64,000 nucleotides of DNA from NCBI GenBank assembly GCA_016868575.1, contig VGGL01000001.1:20995-84994 (forward strand). Reading direction: 5' to 3'. Below, piece by piece: positions 28,397 through 37,787 of the stretch (the stretch's first letter is position 1; every line of letters starts with the position of its first letter). The position numbers and the translations under genes were made by a program. Origin of the DNA: Bacteroidota bacterium. Lineage in GTDB: Bacteria > Bacteroidota > Bacteroidia > Bacteroidales > FEN-979. The notes beneath the pieces were generated by a model, which saw nothing but the letters and a program-made list of their open reading frames with translations, was not told where the DNA came from and ran no database searches.

Positions 28397-30280
28397 TCAG
28401 TGATACGCCCGTTCATCCTTCCGTTCGATGTAGTTGATAAATGATTTGATGGCAACCTTATACCCGCCGGGAGTAGGGTAATCGCCGGTAAAGTACCAGT
28501 CGCCGCGGTGATCCGGGCAGGCGCGGTGCAAATCCTCGATAGTCTGGAAGATGATTTTCAGATCTGCCTTACAATCCCTGGGCTTTACCATGACAGCGAT
28601 CTTTTCAGCGATCCGTTCAGCCGGAAATGACCGGTATATCTCCCAAACGTGATTCACCACCTGTTCCTTTGGCATATTTTCCTGCTCTTTGCATTTCCGG
28701 TATACCTCGGCGATCAGGTCTGTTTGCCGGGTATCATAGAGTAGTTCGATAACCGCCTTGAAAGCAATGAAATCGCTCAGTTTGGCCATGTCGATCCCAT
28801 AGCAGTCGGGATACCTGATCTGTGGCGCAGAAGATGCGATGATGATCCGTTTGGGCTCCAGCCTCGACAATATCCGGATGATGCTTTGGCGCAGCGTTGT
28901 TCCCCTAACAATGGAGTCGTCGATCACCACCAGGTTGTCAATATCCTTTCTGACGGTACCGTAAGTGATGTCGTAGATGTGTGTTGTGAGATCATCCCGG
29001 TGGGTGTCTTCGGTAATGAATGTCCTGAGTTTCATGTCTTTCACCGCCACCTTTTCCATGTGCGGGTGGATGGACAAAATTTCTGATAATGATTCCGGGG
29101 TCAGCTGATCCTTCAGCCGGAGGATTTTTTCCTTGCGGATGTCATCACAAAACTCATTCAGTGCCTCTATCAATCCATAGAATGCAGAGGCTGCAGTATT
29201 AGGGATATAGGAAAAGACCGTGTTTTTAAGATCGTAGTCAATGGTCCTCAGGATTGCGGGCATCAGAAACCGCCCAAGGTTTTTGCGTTCCTGGTATATT
29301 TCAATATCGGTACCCCGGGAAAAGTAGATACGTTCAAATGAACAGGCGCTTTTTTCTTTTGGATGGAGGATGGGGCGTTCTTCCGCCAGACCGTTTTTCT
29401 TGATGATCAATGCATGGCCGGGCAATATTTCATGGATGTTTGAAGCGGGGACGTTGAAGGTAGTTTGGATCACCGGTCGTTCGGAGGCGGCAACGATTAC
29501 TTCATCATCCTTGTAATAAAATGCCGGCCGGATGCCATTGGGATCGCGGAGAACGAATGCGTCACCGTGCCCCAATAAGCCGGCAAGGACATAACCTCCG
29601 TCCCAGTTCTCGGAGGATCCCCTGAGCACTGATTGAATGTCCAGATCCCGGGCAATGAGGTGAGAAATATCTTTTTTCGAATATCCCTGTGCTTTAAATC
29701 GCCGGTACAATATTTCATTTTCTTCATCCAGAAAATGGCCAATTTTTTCGAGGATGGTAATGGTATCAGAAGTTTGAACCGGATACTGTCCCAGTTCAAT
29801 GAGCCGGTGAAACAGCTCGTCCACGTTGGTAAGATTGAAATTTCCTGCCAACACCAGGTTTCGGGTGATCCAGTTGTTTTCGCGGATCAGGGGGTGGAGG
29901 TTTTCGATGTTGTTTTTTCCGTAGGTGCCATAACGCAGATGGCCCAGGAATAATTCTCCGGTAAAAGGAACATGGTACTTCAGCCAGCCAGTGTCATTCA
30001 GTCTTTTCGGATTGGTCTCCCGGATGTGGTCGATCTGTTCGTAAATCCTTCCGAAGACATCCTTTATCGGGGCATCAGCATTTGACCGGAACCGGTCGAT
30101 GTAGCTGTTGCCCGGTTCGATGTCGAACTTAATACAGGCCATGCCTGCCCCATCCTGTCCACGGTTGTGCTGTTTCTGCATCAGCAGGTGCAGCTTGTTG
30201 AGCCCGTAGAAGGAGGTGCCGTAAGTAGCCAGGTAATATTCAAGCGGTTTGAGAAGCCTGATAAATGCTATTCCGCACAT
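28397..30280 (-). CDS. purF: Amidophosphoribosyltransferase, long Bacteroidetes-type class II glutamine amidotransferase.
   Basis: The N-terminal MCGI supplies the Ntn nucleophile Cys. The PRPP loop is VVIDDSIVRGTT. Length 627 aa. Confidence 0.85.
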   Translation of the reverse strand: MCGIAFIRLLKPLEYYLATYGTSFYGLNKLHLLMQKQHNRGQDGAGMACIKFDIEPGNSYIDRFRSNADAPIKDVFGRIYEQIDHIRETNPKRLNDTGWLKYHVPFTGELFLGHLRYGTYGKNNIENLHPLIRENNWITRNLVLAGNFNLTNVDELFHRLIELGQYPVQTSDTITILEKIGHFLDEENEILYRRFKAQGYSKKDISHLIARDLDIQSVLRGSSENWDGGYVLAGLLGHGDAFVLRDPNGIRPAFYYKDDEVIVAASERPVIQTTFNVPASNIHEILPGHALIIKKNGLAEERPILHPKEKSACSFERIYFSRGTDIEIYQERKNLGRFLMPAILRTIDYDLKNTVFSYIPNTAASAFYGLIEALNEFCDDIRKEKILRLKDQLTPESLSEILSIHPHMEKVAVKDMKLRTFITEDTHRDDLTTHIYDITYGTVRKDIDNLVVIDDSIVRGTTLRQSIIRILSRLEPKRIIIASSAPQIRYPDCYGIDMAKLSDFIAFKAVIELLYDTRQTDLIAEVYRKCKEQENMPKEQVVNHVWEIYRSFPAERIAEKIAVMVKPRDCKADLKIIFQTIEDLHRACPDHRGDWYFTGDYPTPGGYKVAIKSFINYIERKDERAYH

Positions 30281-30306
30281 GTATGCAGGGTTGAGGGATC
30301 AAAACG

Positions 30307-30314
30307 CAAAGATA
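30307..30314 (-). promoter_or_regulatory. -7 promoter box (TATCTTTG on the minus strand) for purF.
   Basis: The reverse complement of CAAAGATA lies 26 nt upstream of the ATG at 30280. Confidence 0.5.
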
Positions 30315-30400
30315 ATCCAAATCCGGAGAATGGCTTGAAATGATACAGGCAGATTAAGCAGGCCAGGGAAAAATTGTATTTTTACCCGAAATCTGCAGGA

Positions 30401-31435
30401 ATGTATCATTTTGCTGATGCGGCGACATTTATCAGATGCAGTGACCAGGTCCCCGTCGTCGATGTCCGGTCACCACTAGAATATTCTCAAGGGCACATCC
30501 CCGGGGCGTTCAATATCCCTCTTTTCAATGATGAAGAACGGGCTCGGGTTGGTACCCTGTACCGTCAATCCGGAAGTGAGGCAGCAGTGTTGCTGGGGCT
30601 TGACCTTGCAGGTGTGAACCTTAGCCGTTTTGTAAAGGAAGCGAAGAAAATAGCCCCTGAAAAAGAGGTATTGGTTCATTGCTGGCGGGGTGGGATGCGT
30701 AGCGCCAGCATGGCCTGGCTATTGGACTTGGCAGGATTCAAGACCACCATTTTGGAAGGAGGATACAAAAGTTATCGCCATTACATCCGGCACCGGTTTT
30801 CCTGTCAGGCGAATATCATGATTCTTGGCGGAATGACCGGCAGTGGGAAGAGTGATATACTCCGCTCCCTTGCATCACAGGGAGAACAAGTACTAGACCT
30901 CGAGGGTCATGCCTGCCATAAAGGGTCGGCTTTTGGAGCCATCGGTCAGCAAAAACAGCCAACCAACGAACAGTTTGAAAATAATCTCTTTAATGATTGG
31001 AGAAATTTTGATTTTTCCAAGCCTGTCTGGATCGAAGATGAAAGCAGGGGCATCGGAACAGTGAGCATCCCGGAGACCCTCTGGGAGAATATGCTTCATG
31101 CTTCCGTGATTGAGGTTGTGGTCCCGAAAAGTGATAGGATCCAGCGATTGGTGCAGGAATATGCTTCTTTCGACAAGCATGAGTTGGAAGCAGCCATCCT
31201 CCGGATCCGCCAGGCCATGGGATTCGACCAGGCACAACTGGCGCTGGATGCACTCCGGCACGATGATTTTGCTACTGTTGCCGAGATCACCTTGACTTAC
31301 TATGACAAAACATACCTGCACCATCTTCAGCGGAGGAAAGAGATTTCCTTGCACACGTTGGAACTCCCTTCGGATGATCCCGAGAAAAATGCCACGCAGA
31401 TCCTTGCTTTCGCACGTCAAATATCAAAAAAATGA
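30401..31435 (+). CDS. selU: tRNA 2-selenouridine synthase (SelU/MnmH/YbbB).
   Basis: Rhodanese domain with HCWRGGMRS, P-loop GGMTGSGKS. The ATG at 30401 is preferred over the TTG at 30374. The stop overlaps the next start (ATGA). Confidence 0.85.
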   Translation: MYHFADAATFIRCSDQVPVVDVRSPLEYSQGHIPGAFNIPLFNDEERARVGTLYRQSGSEAAVLLGLDLAGVNLSRFVKEAKKIAPEKEVLVHCWRGGMRSASMAWLLDLAGFKTTILEGGYKSYRHYIRHRFSCQANIMILGGMTGSGKSDILRSLASQGEQVLDLEGHACHKGSAFGAIGQQKQPTNEQFENNLFNDWRNFDFSKPVWIEDESRGIGTVSIPETLWENMLHASVIEVVVPKSDRIQRLVQEYASFDKHELEAAILRIRQAMGFDQAQLALDALRHDDFATVAEITLTYYDKTYLHHLQRRKEISLHTLELPSDDPEKNATQILAFARQISKK

Positions 31436-33642
31436 AACCGATATATCTTGACTACAATGCCACCACGCCCATTGATCCATTGGTGGCCAATGCCATGATG
31501 CCTTTTCTGAAGGATCATTTCGGGAATCCTTCCAGCGCCCATTGGTTTGGCCATCAGGCACGGCAGGCTGTTGAGAAAGCTCGGGAACAGGTTGCACATT
31601 GCCTCTCCTGCAATCCGGAAGAGATCATGTTTTCGAGCGGAGGCACTGAATCCAACAACATGGCGCTGAAAGGGATGGCCTACGCTTTGCGTGATAAGGG
31701 GAATGAGATCATCATCAGCGCGGTTGAACATCCTGCTGTTACCGAAGTATGTCATTACCTTGAAAATCAAGGGTTCCGGATCATAGTAGCAGGCGTTGAC
31801 GGGTATGGGATGGTAGATCCGGCCGATGTGGAGCGACATATCACCCCTGCTACGATCCTGGTGAGCATCATGCATGCCAACAACGAAACCGGAACGATCC
31901 AACCGATCAGGGATATCGCTGCCATCACCCGTCGGCATGGCGTTGTATTTCATACCGATGCCGCCCAGAGTGTAGGAAAAATTCCTGTGGACATCAAAGA
32001 GTTGGGTGTTGACCTCTTATCGATCGCAGGACATAAACTGTATGCTCCCAAAGGGGTTGGCGCACTGTATATCCGGCAGGGAATACAACCTGAAAAACTG
32101 ATCCATGGCGCTAATCATGAGCGAAACCTGCGGGCAGGAACCGAGAATGTACTTGAGATCGCAGGACTCGGCATGGCCTGTCAGTTAGCTGTAGAAAACC
32201 TGGAGGCCAATGCCCGGCAGATGAAGAAAACCCGGGATCTGCTCTATAGGGAACTTCTAGACATGTTCCCTGCCCTTCATCTCAACGGACATCCGGAATA
32301 CCGGTTACCCAACACCCTCAATGTCAGTTTTCCCGGCATCGAAGCCCAAACCATCCTTTCTGCCATTCCTCAGGTGGCAGCCTCTGCCGGTGCTGCCTGC
32401 CATTCCGACAAGATGGAGGTCTCGGCGGTCCTGACAGCCATGAAAGTGCCGCTGCACATCGCGATGGGAACCATCCGTTTTTCTACAGGGAAAAACACTC
32501 AGGAAGCAGAGGTCATGGAGGCTGTAAAATCCATCAGGAAGGCGGTCGAGCCTTTGTTCCATCAGCACGGACAGCCATCGCCTTCCATCCAATCAAAGAC
32601 CGGTGATTTCAAACTTACCCAATATACTCATGGACTGGGTTGCGCCTGTAAAATCAGACCCCAGTACCTGGAGCAGGTGTTGCGGGAATTGCCGGCCATT
32701 ACCGGAAAAAATATCCTGGTGGGACCTCAGACCAATGATGACGCAGCTGTTTATCAGATCGATAAGGAGACAGCGATCGTTCAAACGGTCGATTTTTTCA
32801 CCCCCATTGTTGACAATCCATATGATTTTGGCGCCATTGCTGCAGCCAATGCGTTGAGTGATATCTATGCCATGGGCGCAAGGCCATTGTTTGCCCTGAA
32901 TATTGTTGGGTTTCCTGACAACCGATTGCCTGTCAGCGTGTTGCATCAAATCCTTCAGGGCGCAACGGACAAAGCCAGGGAAGCAGGGATCGAGATCCCC
33001 GGAGGGCATACGGTTGAAGATACGGAACCCAAATATGGTCTGGTGGTGACAGGTATTGTACATCCCAAAAAGGTAATCCGCAATTCCACAGCCCAACCGG
33101 GAGATGCCATCATTCTCACCAAGCCCATTGGTACTGGGATCATCACCACCGCAGCAAAAGCAGGCCAAGCATCATCAACAGTACTTCAGGCTGCCATCCG
33201 TTGGATGTCAATGCTGAACAAGACAGCAGCCGAGGTGATGGCCATGTTCAGGATCCATGCGTGCACTGATGTGACCGGCTTCGGACTCCTTGGGCACCTA
33301 AGGGAAATGACACAATCGGCTGGAATAGATGCAGCCATTCACCTGTCGGATATCCCCTTGATGGAAGGTGCGCGGCAGCTCGCACTGGCAGGATTCATCC
33401 CCGGGGGAACCAGGAACAACCTTGAATACATTGCTGACGCCATACGGTGTGCCCCGGAAATCACTGAAACAGACAAACTCATTCTTGCGGATGCCCAGAC
33501 ATCCGGGGGATTGCTTATCGCGGTCCCTCCAGCTGAGTCGGAAAAATTATTGAAAGATCTCACCACGGCCCATGTGTCCGCTGCGCTGATTGGTCATTTT
33601 ACCACCCCCGGGAAAGGGCACATATACATCAAAATGAAGTAA
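31432..33642 (+). CDS. selD: Fusion of a NifS-like cysteine desulfurase/selenocysteine lyase (class V aminotransferase) with selenide,water dikinase SelD (Cys form).
   Basis: The N-terminal half has the PLP lysine SIAGHKLYAPKGVG and the active-site loop SAGAACHS. The C-terminal half has THGLGCACKI, DDAAVY and TDVTGFGLLGH (SelD/PurM-like). Confidence 0.85.
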   Translation: MKPIYLDYNATTPIDPLVANAMMPFLKDHFGNPSSAHWFGHQARQAVEKAREQVAHCLSCNPEEIMFSSGGTESNNMALKGMAYALRDKGNEIIISAVEHPAVTEVCHYLENQGFRIIVAGVDGYGMVDPADVERHITPATILVSIMHANNETGTIQPIRDIAAITRRHGVVFHTDAAQSVGKIPVDIKELGVDLLSIAGHKLYAPKGVGALYIRQGIQPEKLIHGANHERNLRAGTENVLEIAGLGMACQLAVENLEANARQMKKTRDLLYRELLDMFPALHLNGHPEYRLPNTLNVSFPGIEAQTILSAIPQVAASAGAACHSDKMEVSAVLTAMKVPLHIAMGTIRFSTGKNTQEAEVMEAVKSIRKAVEPLFHQHGQPSPSIQSKTGDFKLTQYTHGLGCACKIRPQYLEQVLRELPAITGKNILVGPQTNDDAAVYQIDKETAIVQTVDFFTPIVDNPYDFGAIAAANALSDIYAMGARPLFALNIVGFPDNRLPVSVLHQILQGATDKAREAGIEIPGGHTVEDTEPKYGLVVTGIVHPKKVIRNSTAQPGDAIILTKPIGTGIITTAAKAGQASSTVLQAAIRWMSMLNKTAAEVMAMFRIHACTDVTGFGLLGHLREMTQSAGIDAAIHLSDIPLMEGARQLALAGFIPGGTRNNLEYIADAIRCAPEITETDKLILADAQTSGGLLIAVPPAESEKLLKDLTTAHVSAALIGHFTTPGKGHIYIKMK

Positions 33643-33646
33643 GGAA

Positions 33647-35008
33647 TCACCTCAGGCGAATACTCTTTAAAACACCCGGATCCATGATTTTACCGACCGG
33701 GTAGAGGTTCTTCTTCTGATCCCAGTAAGGTGATTTCATGTAAAACCAGTTGATGATATTTCTCGGATTTTTGGTGAACTCCGGATCGGATTTTTTCTTT
33801 TCCTCCAGTTCCTGCAGCAATTCCGGTTTTTCAAGGATCATCTCCCGGGCCATCACCTCCATGACATAGGATTCGGCATATTCCTTTTGTTCCGTCACAG
33901 CATCAAAAAAGCCCCAGGAGAGCAGCGATCCATCAGCTGAAGGTTCAAGTATATAGGGGATCAGCCGGGCGGAGCGTTGGCTCATACCAACAATGGCCGA
34001 ACCTGCCGGGAAACGAATATCCTCCATAGCGGTTTTTCCTTCAATCTGAGACATGACATGCCTTCCTTCATAGGGTTGTTCCTGCCATTTGGGCCCATTC
34101 AGCCGAAACATGGCGGCAAGAATAGTTGTTTCTTCGGCCAGGTAATTCATCTCAATGTCATGATCCTTCAACAGGTTGATCACATCGGTCCACTCTGCCG
34201 GGATGATGTAGGCGACCGGAAGATTGGCTTTCAAGGAGGGATCAATCTTGTTAAAGAAAGGAATGTGAAGGGTTTTCGGTTTCTCTTTGTAATAGGTGAC
34301 CCAGGGACCACCGGTTAAATCGCTGATCTTTGAATCGTATTCCACGCCCAGGATGTCAACCATTACAGAATCGTTGGGGTTGGCCGTAAAGTCGAGGGGG
34401 TAAGGTTCTTTCCGGAAAGTGTCGGAGGCACAAAAAGCATCAGCCTGTTTGATTAATTGAAGCAAGGTTTCCCGATCCCTGTCGACCCTCTCCACACACA
34501 GACGGATCATCTCGTAGGTTGAAGCAACCCTGGGCTGGTAAGGTTTCAGCATATGTGTCTCGATGAGTAAACCCGGACAGTTGCGCAACGCGGTATAGCC
34601 TTGAGACAGCATGGGCGGGGATACCCCTGCAGAGAGGCCACTGGCCGGATCATGCCAGTTGCGGAACCACACATAGGGGAATATCGAAAAGCCTGCCTTT
34701 TCCATCTCGTTTTTTAGGAAAGGTTCGAGCGTTTCCGATTGCCATTGGGTGAGTCCTTCATCCATGTTGCCATGTGTATCGAGGATCAGCAATGGAAGAT
34801 CCCTGCCTTGCGCAGATTTTCCGAACGATTGATAAGATATCCAGGGAGAGGCAGCATCAAGCTTCTTATAAAAGTCAATCGTTTCGGCGTACCGGGGTGT
34901 TTGCTTGAATCCAGACTGCTCATAATAGGTCAGCAAGGAACCATCCATGGCAGCAAGTGACAGGGAGAATAATGACCATAGGACCACCGGAGAAAAGGTT
35001 CTCATCAT
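33647..35008 (-). CDS. M14-carboxypeptidase-like secreted protein in which the canonical HxxE zinc motif is not evident.
   Basis: Signal peptide. The M14-like N-terminal block reads YAETIDFYKKLDAASPWISYQSFGKSAQGRDLPLLIL and a later block reads LLIETHMLKPY. The segment between them is short and no HxxE was seen. Confidence 0.5.
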   Translation of the reverse strand: MMRTFSPVVLWSLFSLSLAAMDGSLLTYYEQSGFKQTPRYAETIDFYKKLDAASPWISYQSFGKSAQGRDLPLLILDTHGNMDEGLTQWQSETLEPFLKNEMEKAGFSIFPYVWFRNWHDPASGLSAGVSPPMLSQGYTALRNCPGLLIETHMLKPYQPRVASTYEMIRLCVERVDRDRETLLQLIKQADAFCASDTFRKEPYPLDFTANPNDSVMVDILGVEYDSKISDLTGGPWVTYYKEKPKTLHIPFFNKIDPSLKANLPVAYIIPAEWTDVINLLKDHDIEMNYLAEETTILAAMFRLNGPKWQEQPYEGRHVMSQIEGKTAMEDIRFPAGSAIVGMSQRSARLIPYILEPSADGSLLSWGFFDAVTEQKEYAESYVMEVMAREMILEKPELLQELEEKKKSDPEFTKNPRNIINWFYMKSPYWDQKKNLYPVGKIMDPGVLKSIRLR

Positions 35009-35035
35009 ACTTCTTTCAACTTGATCGGAACGAAA

Positions 35036-36193
35036 TTAAAGATTTTCGGTTTTTGCCAGGTATTTTTTATACGAAACGACCTGAAGATCGGTTTTATATG
35101 GCATTGTTTCTCCAGTATAGACTAATTTCCCTGAAAACCCTGGCTCCATGAGTTTTTCAACCGGCTTAATCATAGCAGTCCGAAAAGTTGATGAATTCTT
35201 TATTTCGATGAGATCAAGGGTACCTTGTTTTTCCAAAATTATATCCACTTCAAATCCATTGCTGGTGCGGTAAAAATAATACTTATGCCCCGTTTTGGCA
35301 TGAAGAATGGTTTTACGAATTTCTGAGATCACGAAATTTTCAAATACAGCGCCGGCCATGGGTCCTTTCTCATAAAGCGTCTTATTGATAATTCCCGTTA
35401 GGAAACAAACCAGTCCGGTATCGTTGAAATACATTTTTGGGCTTTTGATGATCCTGCTTCCCAGGTTTCTATAAAATGGCTGTAATACAAAGATGATGTG
35501 GGATGCTTCAAGCACAGAAATCCAACGTTTGATCGTTGAAACTGAAACACCGACATCGGAAGCGAGGAGTGAGTAATTAAGTAACTGCGCCGTTCGCGAA
35601 GCCAACAGGTTGATAAACCTTCTGAAATCATGCAAATCTCCGACATTCAATAAGGTTCTGACATCCTTCATGATAAAAGTCTCGATGTATGATTCATACC
35701 ATTCGGGGTGGTTCCGGTAACGTTCAATGATCAGTTCCGGGTATGTGCCTAAATAGATTGACAGATCTCTAAGATTTTCAGGGATCTCGCTATACTGAAA
35801 AGGCAAAAGGGTGAGTAGTCCTATTCTACCGGCCATTGTTTCCGTTAAACCTTGGATGAAAGTAAACTGGCTCGAGCCGGTAAGAACAAATTGTCCCTTG
35901 ATATCCCTTTGCTCATCGATGTGTTGCTTCAGGTATGTAAATATCTCCGGGACTTTCTGCACTTCATCAAAAATTACTTTGTGCCTGTATTCCTTGAGAA
36001 AAGCCATAGGATCAGCATGAAAGAAATCAACCATACGGAAATCGTCGAAAGTCACATACCTGAATTCAGTGCCCAACATAGTCTTGATCATGGTCGACTT
36101 TCCTGACTGGCGTGGACCGGTGATCCCAACTGCCGGAAAGATATCCAAATAATGTCTGACTTGGGTCTCTAATATTCGTGGAATATAGTCCAT
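35036..36193 (-). CDS. AAA+ ATPase with a C-terminal DUF4143 (PD-(D/E)xK-like) domain.
   Basis: Walker A GPRQSGKST and Walker B VIFDEVQ. The C-terminal GFEVDIILEKQGTLDLIEIKNS fits a D...ExK nuclease-like motif. By eye the GC content is lower than in the neighbouring genes. Confidence 0.75.
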   Translation of the reverse strand: MDYIPRILETQVRHYLDIFPAVGITGPRQSGKSTMIKTMLGTEFRYVTFDDFRMVDFFHADPMAFLKEYRHKVIFDEVQKVPEIFTYLKQHIDEQRDIKGQFVLTGSSQFTFIQGLTETMAGRIGLLTLLPFQYSEIPENLRDLSIYLGTYPELIIERYRNHPEWYESYIETFIMKDVRTLLNVGDLHDFRRFINLLASRTAQLLNYSLLASDVGVSVSTIKRWISVLEASHIIFVLQPFYRNLGSRIIKSPKMYFNDTGLVCFLTGIINKTLYEKGPMAGAVFENFVISEIRKTILHAKTGHKYYFYRTSNGFEVDIILEKQGTLDLIEIKNSSTFRTAMIKPVEKLMEPGFSGKLVYTGETMPYKTDLQVVSYKKYLAKTENL

Positions 36194-36287
36194 GTTATGT
36201 AAATTTATTATTAAAAAACAAAATTACATAATTTCTTTGTAAGAAACAAGTAATCCTTCTACGTTTTAAAAAAAAGAAGGGAGCCCA

Positions 36288-37748
36288 TTAGAACCTAAAG
36301 TAAATAAACGGGCTGAACCCTGAAGATACTACGTAGCTGATGCAGATGATGAGCAGGATCAGGCCAATCAGTCCGAGCGTGATGTATCCGGAAAGCTGAT
36401 GTGGTTTGGTGAACACCCATTCCTGCAGTTTTTCTCCGGGTTTGACGAAGGCCAGGAAAGAGAAAAGGGCTGCCAGGATGGTAGTTATCAGGAATTCGCG
36501 GTCGAGGTAGAGGTCGATGAAGTGGAAATCGAACGCGAACATCTTGGTGATATACATTTTGGCAAAAGCGAGATCAGGGGAGCGGAAGATCACCCACCCG
36601 ATGACGACGATGAGGAACGTGAGGATGACGCTGGGCAGCCGGCCTGTTTTTTTATACCATTTCAGCAGGAAGAGGCGGTCGAAGATGAGGAAAGCGCCCT
36701 GGAAGAGCCCCCAGAGGATGAAAGTCCAGCCGGCGCCGTGCCAGAAGCCGCAGAGCAGGAAAGTAACGGTTGTAGCGATGAGGTAGATGATCTTGTCGGC
36801 GCGGATGGTCAGGTATCTTTCTTTTTTCATCCTCCGGGAGACGGCATACGCCAGCGGAAGGAAGAGGTAATCACGGAACCAGGTGGAGAGGGTGATATGC
36901 CAGCGCCGCCAGAATTCGGTGATGCTGCCGGAGATATAGGGGCTGTTAAAGTTCTCCGGAAGCCGGAAGCCCATCATCCGGGCGATACCAATGGCCATGT
37001 CGGAGTAGCCTGAGAAATCGAAATAGATCTGGAAGGTATAGGCCAGCGCTCCGGCCCAGGCAATATGGGAACTCATGTCAAAGGGTGCCTGGGCGAAAAT
37101 CTTGTCGACTTCAACGCCAAGTATATCAGCGATCAGTACCTTCTTGGCCAGTCCGATGATGAACCGGATGAACCCTGCCAGCTTGTCATCCGGGGTGTCG
37201 GGTCTGCTCCCGGCCTTGAGTTGATCGGCCATAAGCGGATATCGGACGATCGGTCCGGCAAGGATTTGCGGGAACATCAGAATGTAAACGGCATAGTCAA
37301 AAATGGAGTCACACGGTGGCTTGGCTTTCCGTTTGACTTCAATCGTATAGGAGAGCTTCTGGAAGGTAATGAAAGATATCCCAATAGGCATGACCAGTTT
37401 CGTCCATTCGACCGATTGTACCCCGATCCACCCCAGAACAACATTGAAATTCTCGACAAAGAAATTGGCATATTTGAAATAGACCAGCATCCCTAAGTTA
37501 AGAAACAGGGAAGCCAGGAACAGGAGCCTGCGGGGTCGCCCTTCTGAACCGGCCATGTTTTTGACCAATAAATAGTCAACGATCACCCAGCCGAAAAGCC
37601 AGAAGATGAATACCGGTGCGCCCCAGGCATAAAACAGGATGCTGGCCGGCAGGATCAGCCAATTCTTGAACCGCCGGGGTATGATGAAATAGAGAACCAG
37701 GAATACCGGCAGAAAATAGATAAGGAAGATAACACTGCTGAACAACAT
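36288..37748 (-). CDS. MBOAT family membrane O-acyltransferase (AlgI/DltB-like).
   Basis: Multi-pass membrane protein with FWRRWHITLSTWFRDYLF and the invariant His block CGFWHGAGW. Confidence 0.85.
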   Translation of the reverse strand: MLFSSVIFLIYFLPVFLVLYFIIPRRFKNWLILPASILFYAWGAPVFIFWLFGWVIVDYLLVKNMAGSEGRPRRLLFLASLFLNLGMLVYFKYANFFVENFNVVLGWIGVQSVEWTKLVMPIGISFITFQKLSYTIEVKRKAKPPCDSIFDYAVYILMFPQILAGPIVRYPLMADQLKAGSRPDTPDDKLAGFIRFIIGLAKKVLIADILGVEVDKIFAQAPFDMSSHIAWAGALAYTFQIYFDFSGYSDMAIGIARMMGFRLPENFNSPYISGSITEFWRRWHITLSTWFRDYLFLPLAYAVSRRMKKERYLTIRADKIIYLIATTVTFLLCGFWHGAGWTFILWGLFQGAFLIFDRLFLLKWYKKTGRLPSVILTFLIVVIGWVIFRSPDLAFAKMYITKMFAFDFHFIDLYLDREFLITTILAALFSFLAFVKPGEKLQEWVFTKPHQLSGYITLGLIGLILLIICISYVVSSGFSPFIYFRF

Positions 37749-37787
37749 ACTGGTTTCTTTTAGTCCATCAAAGCCACAGACAGGGAT

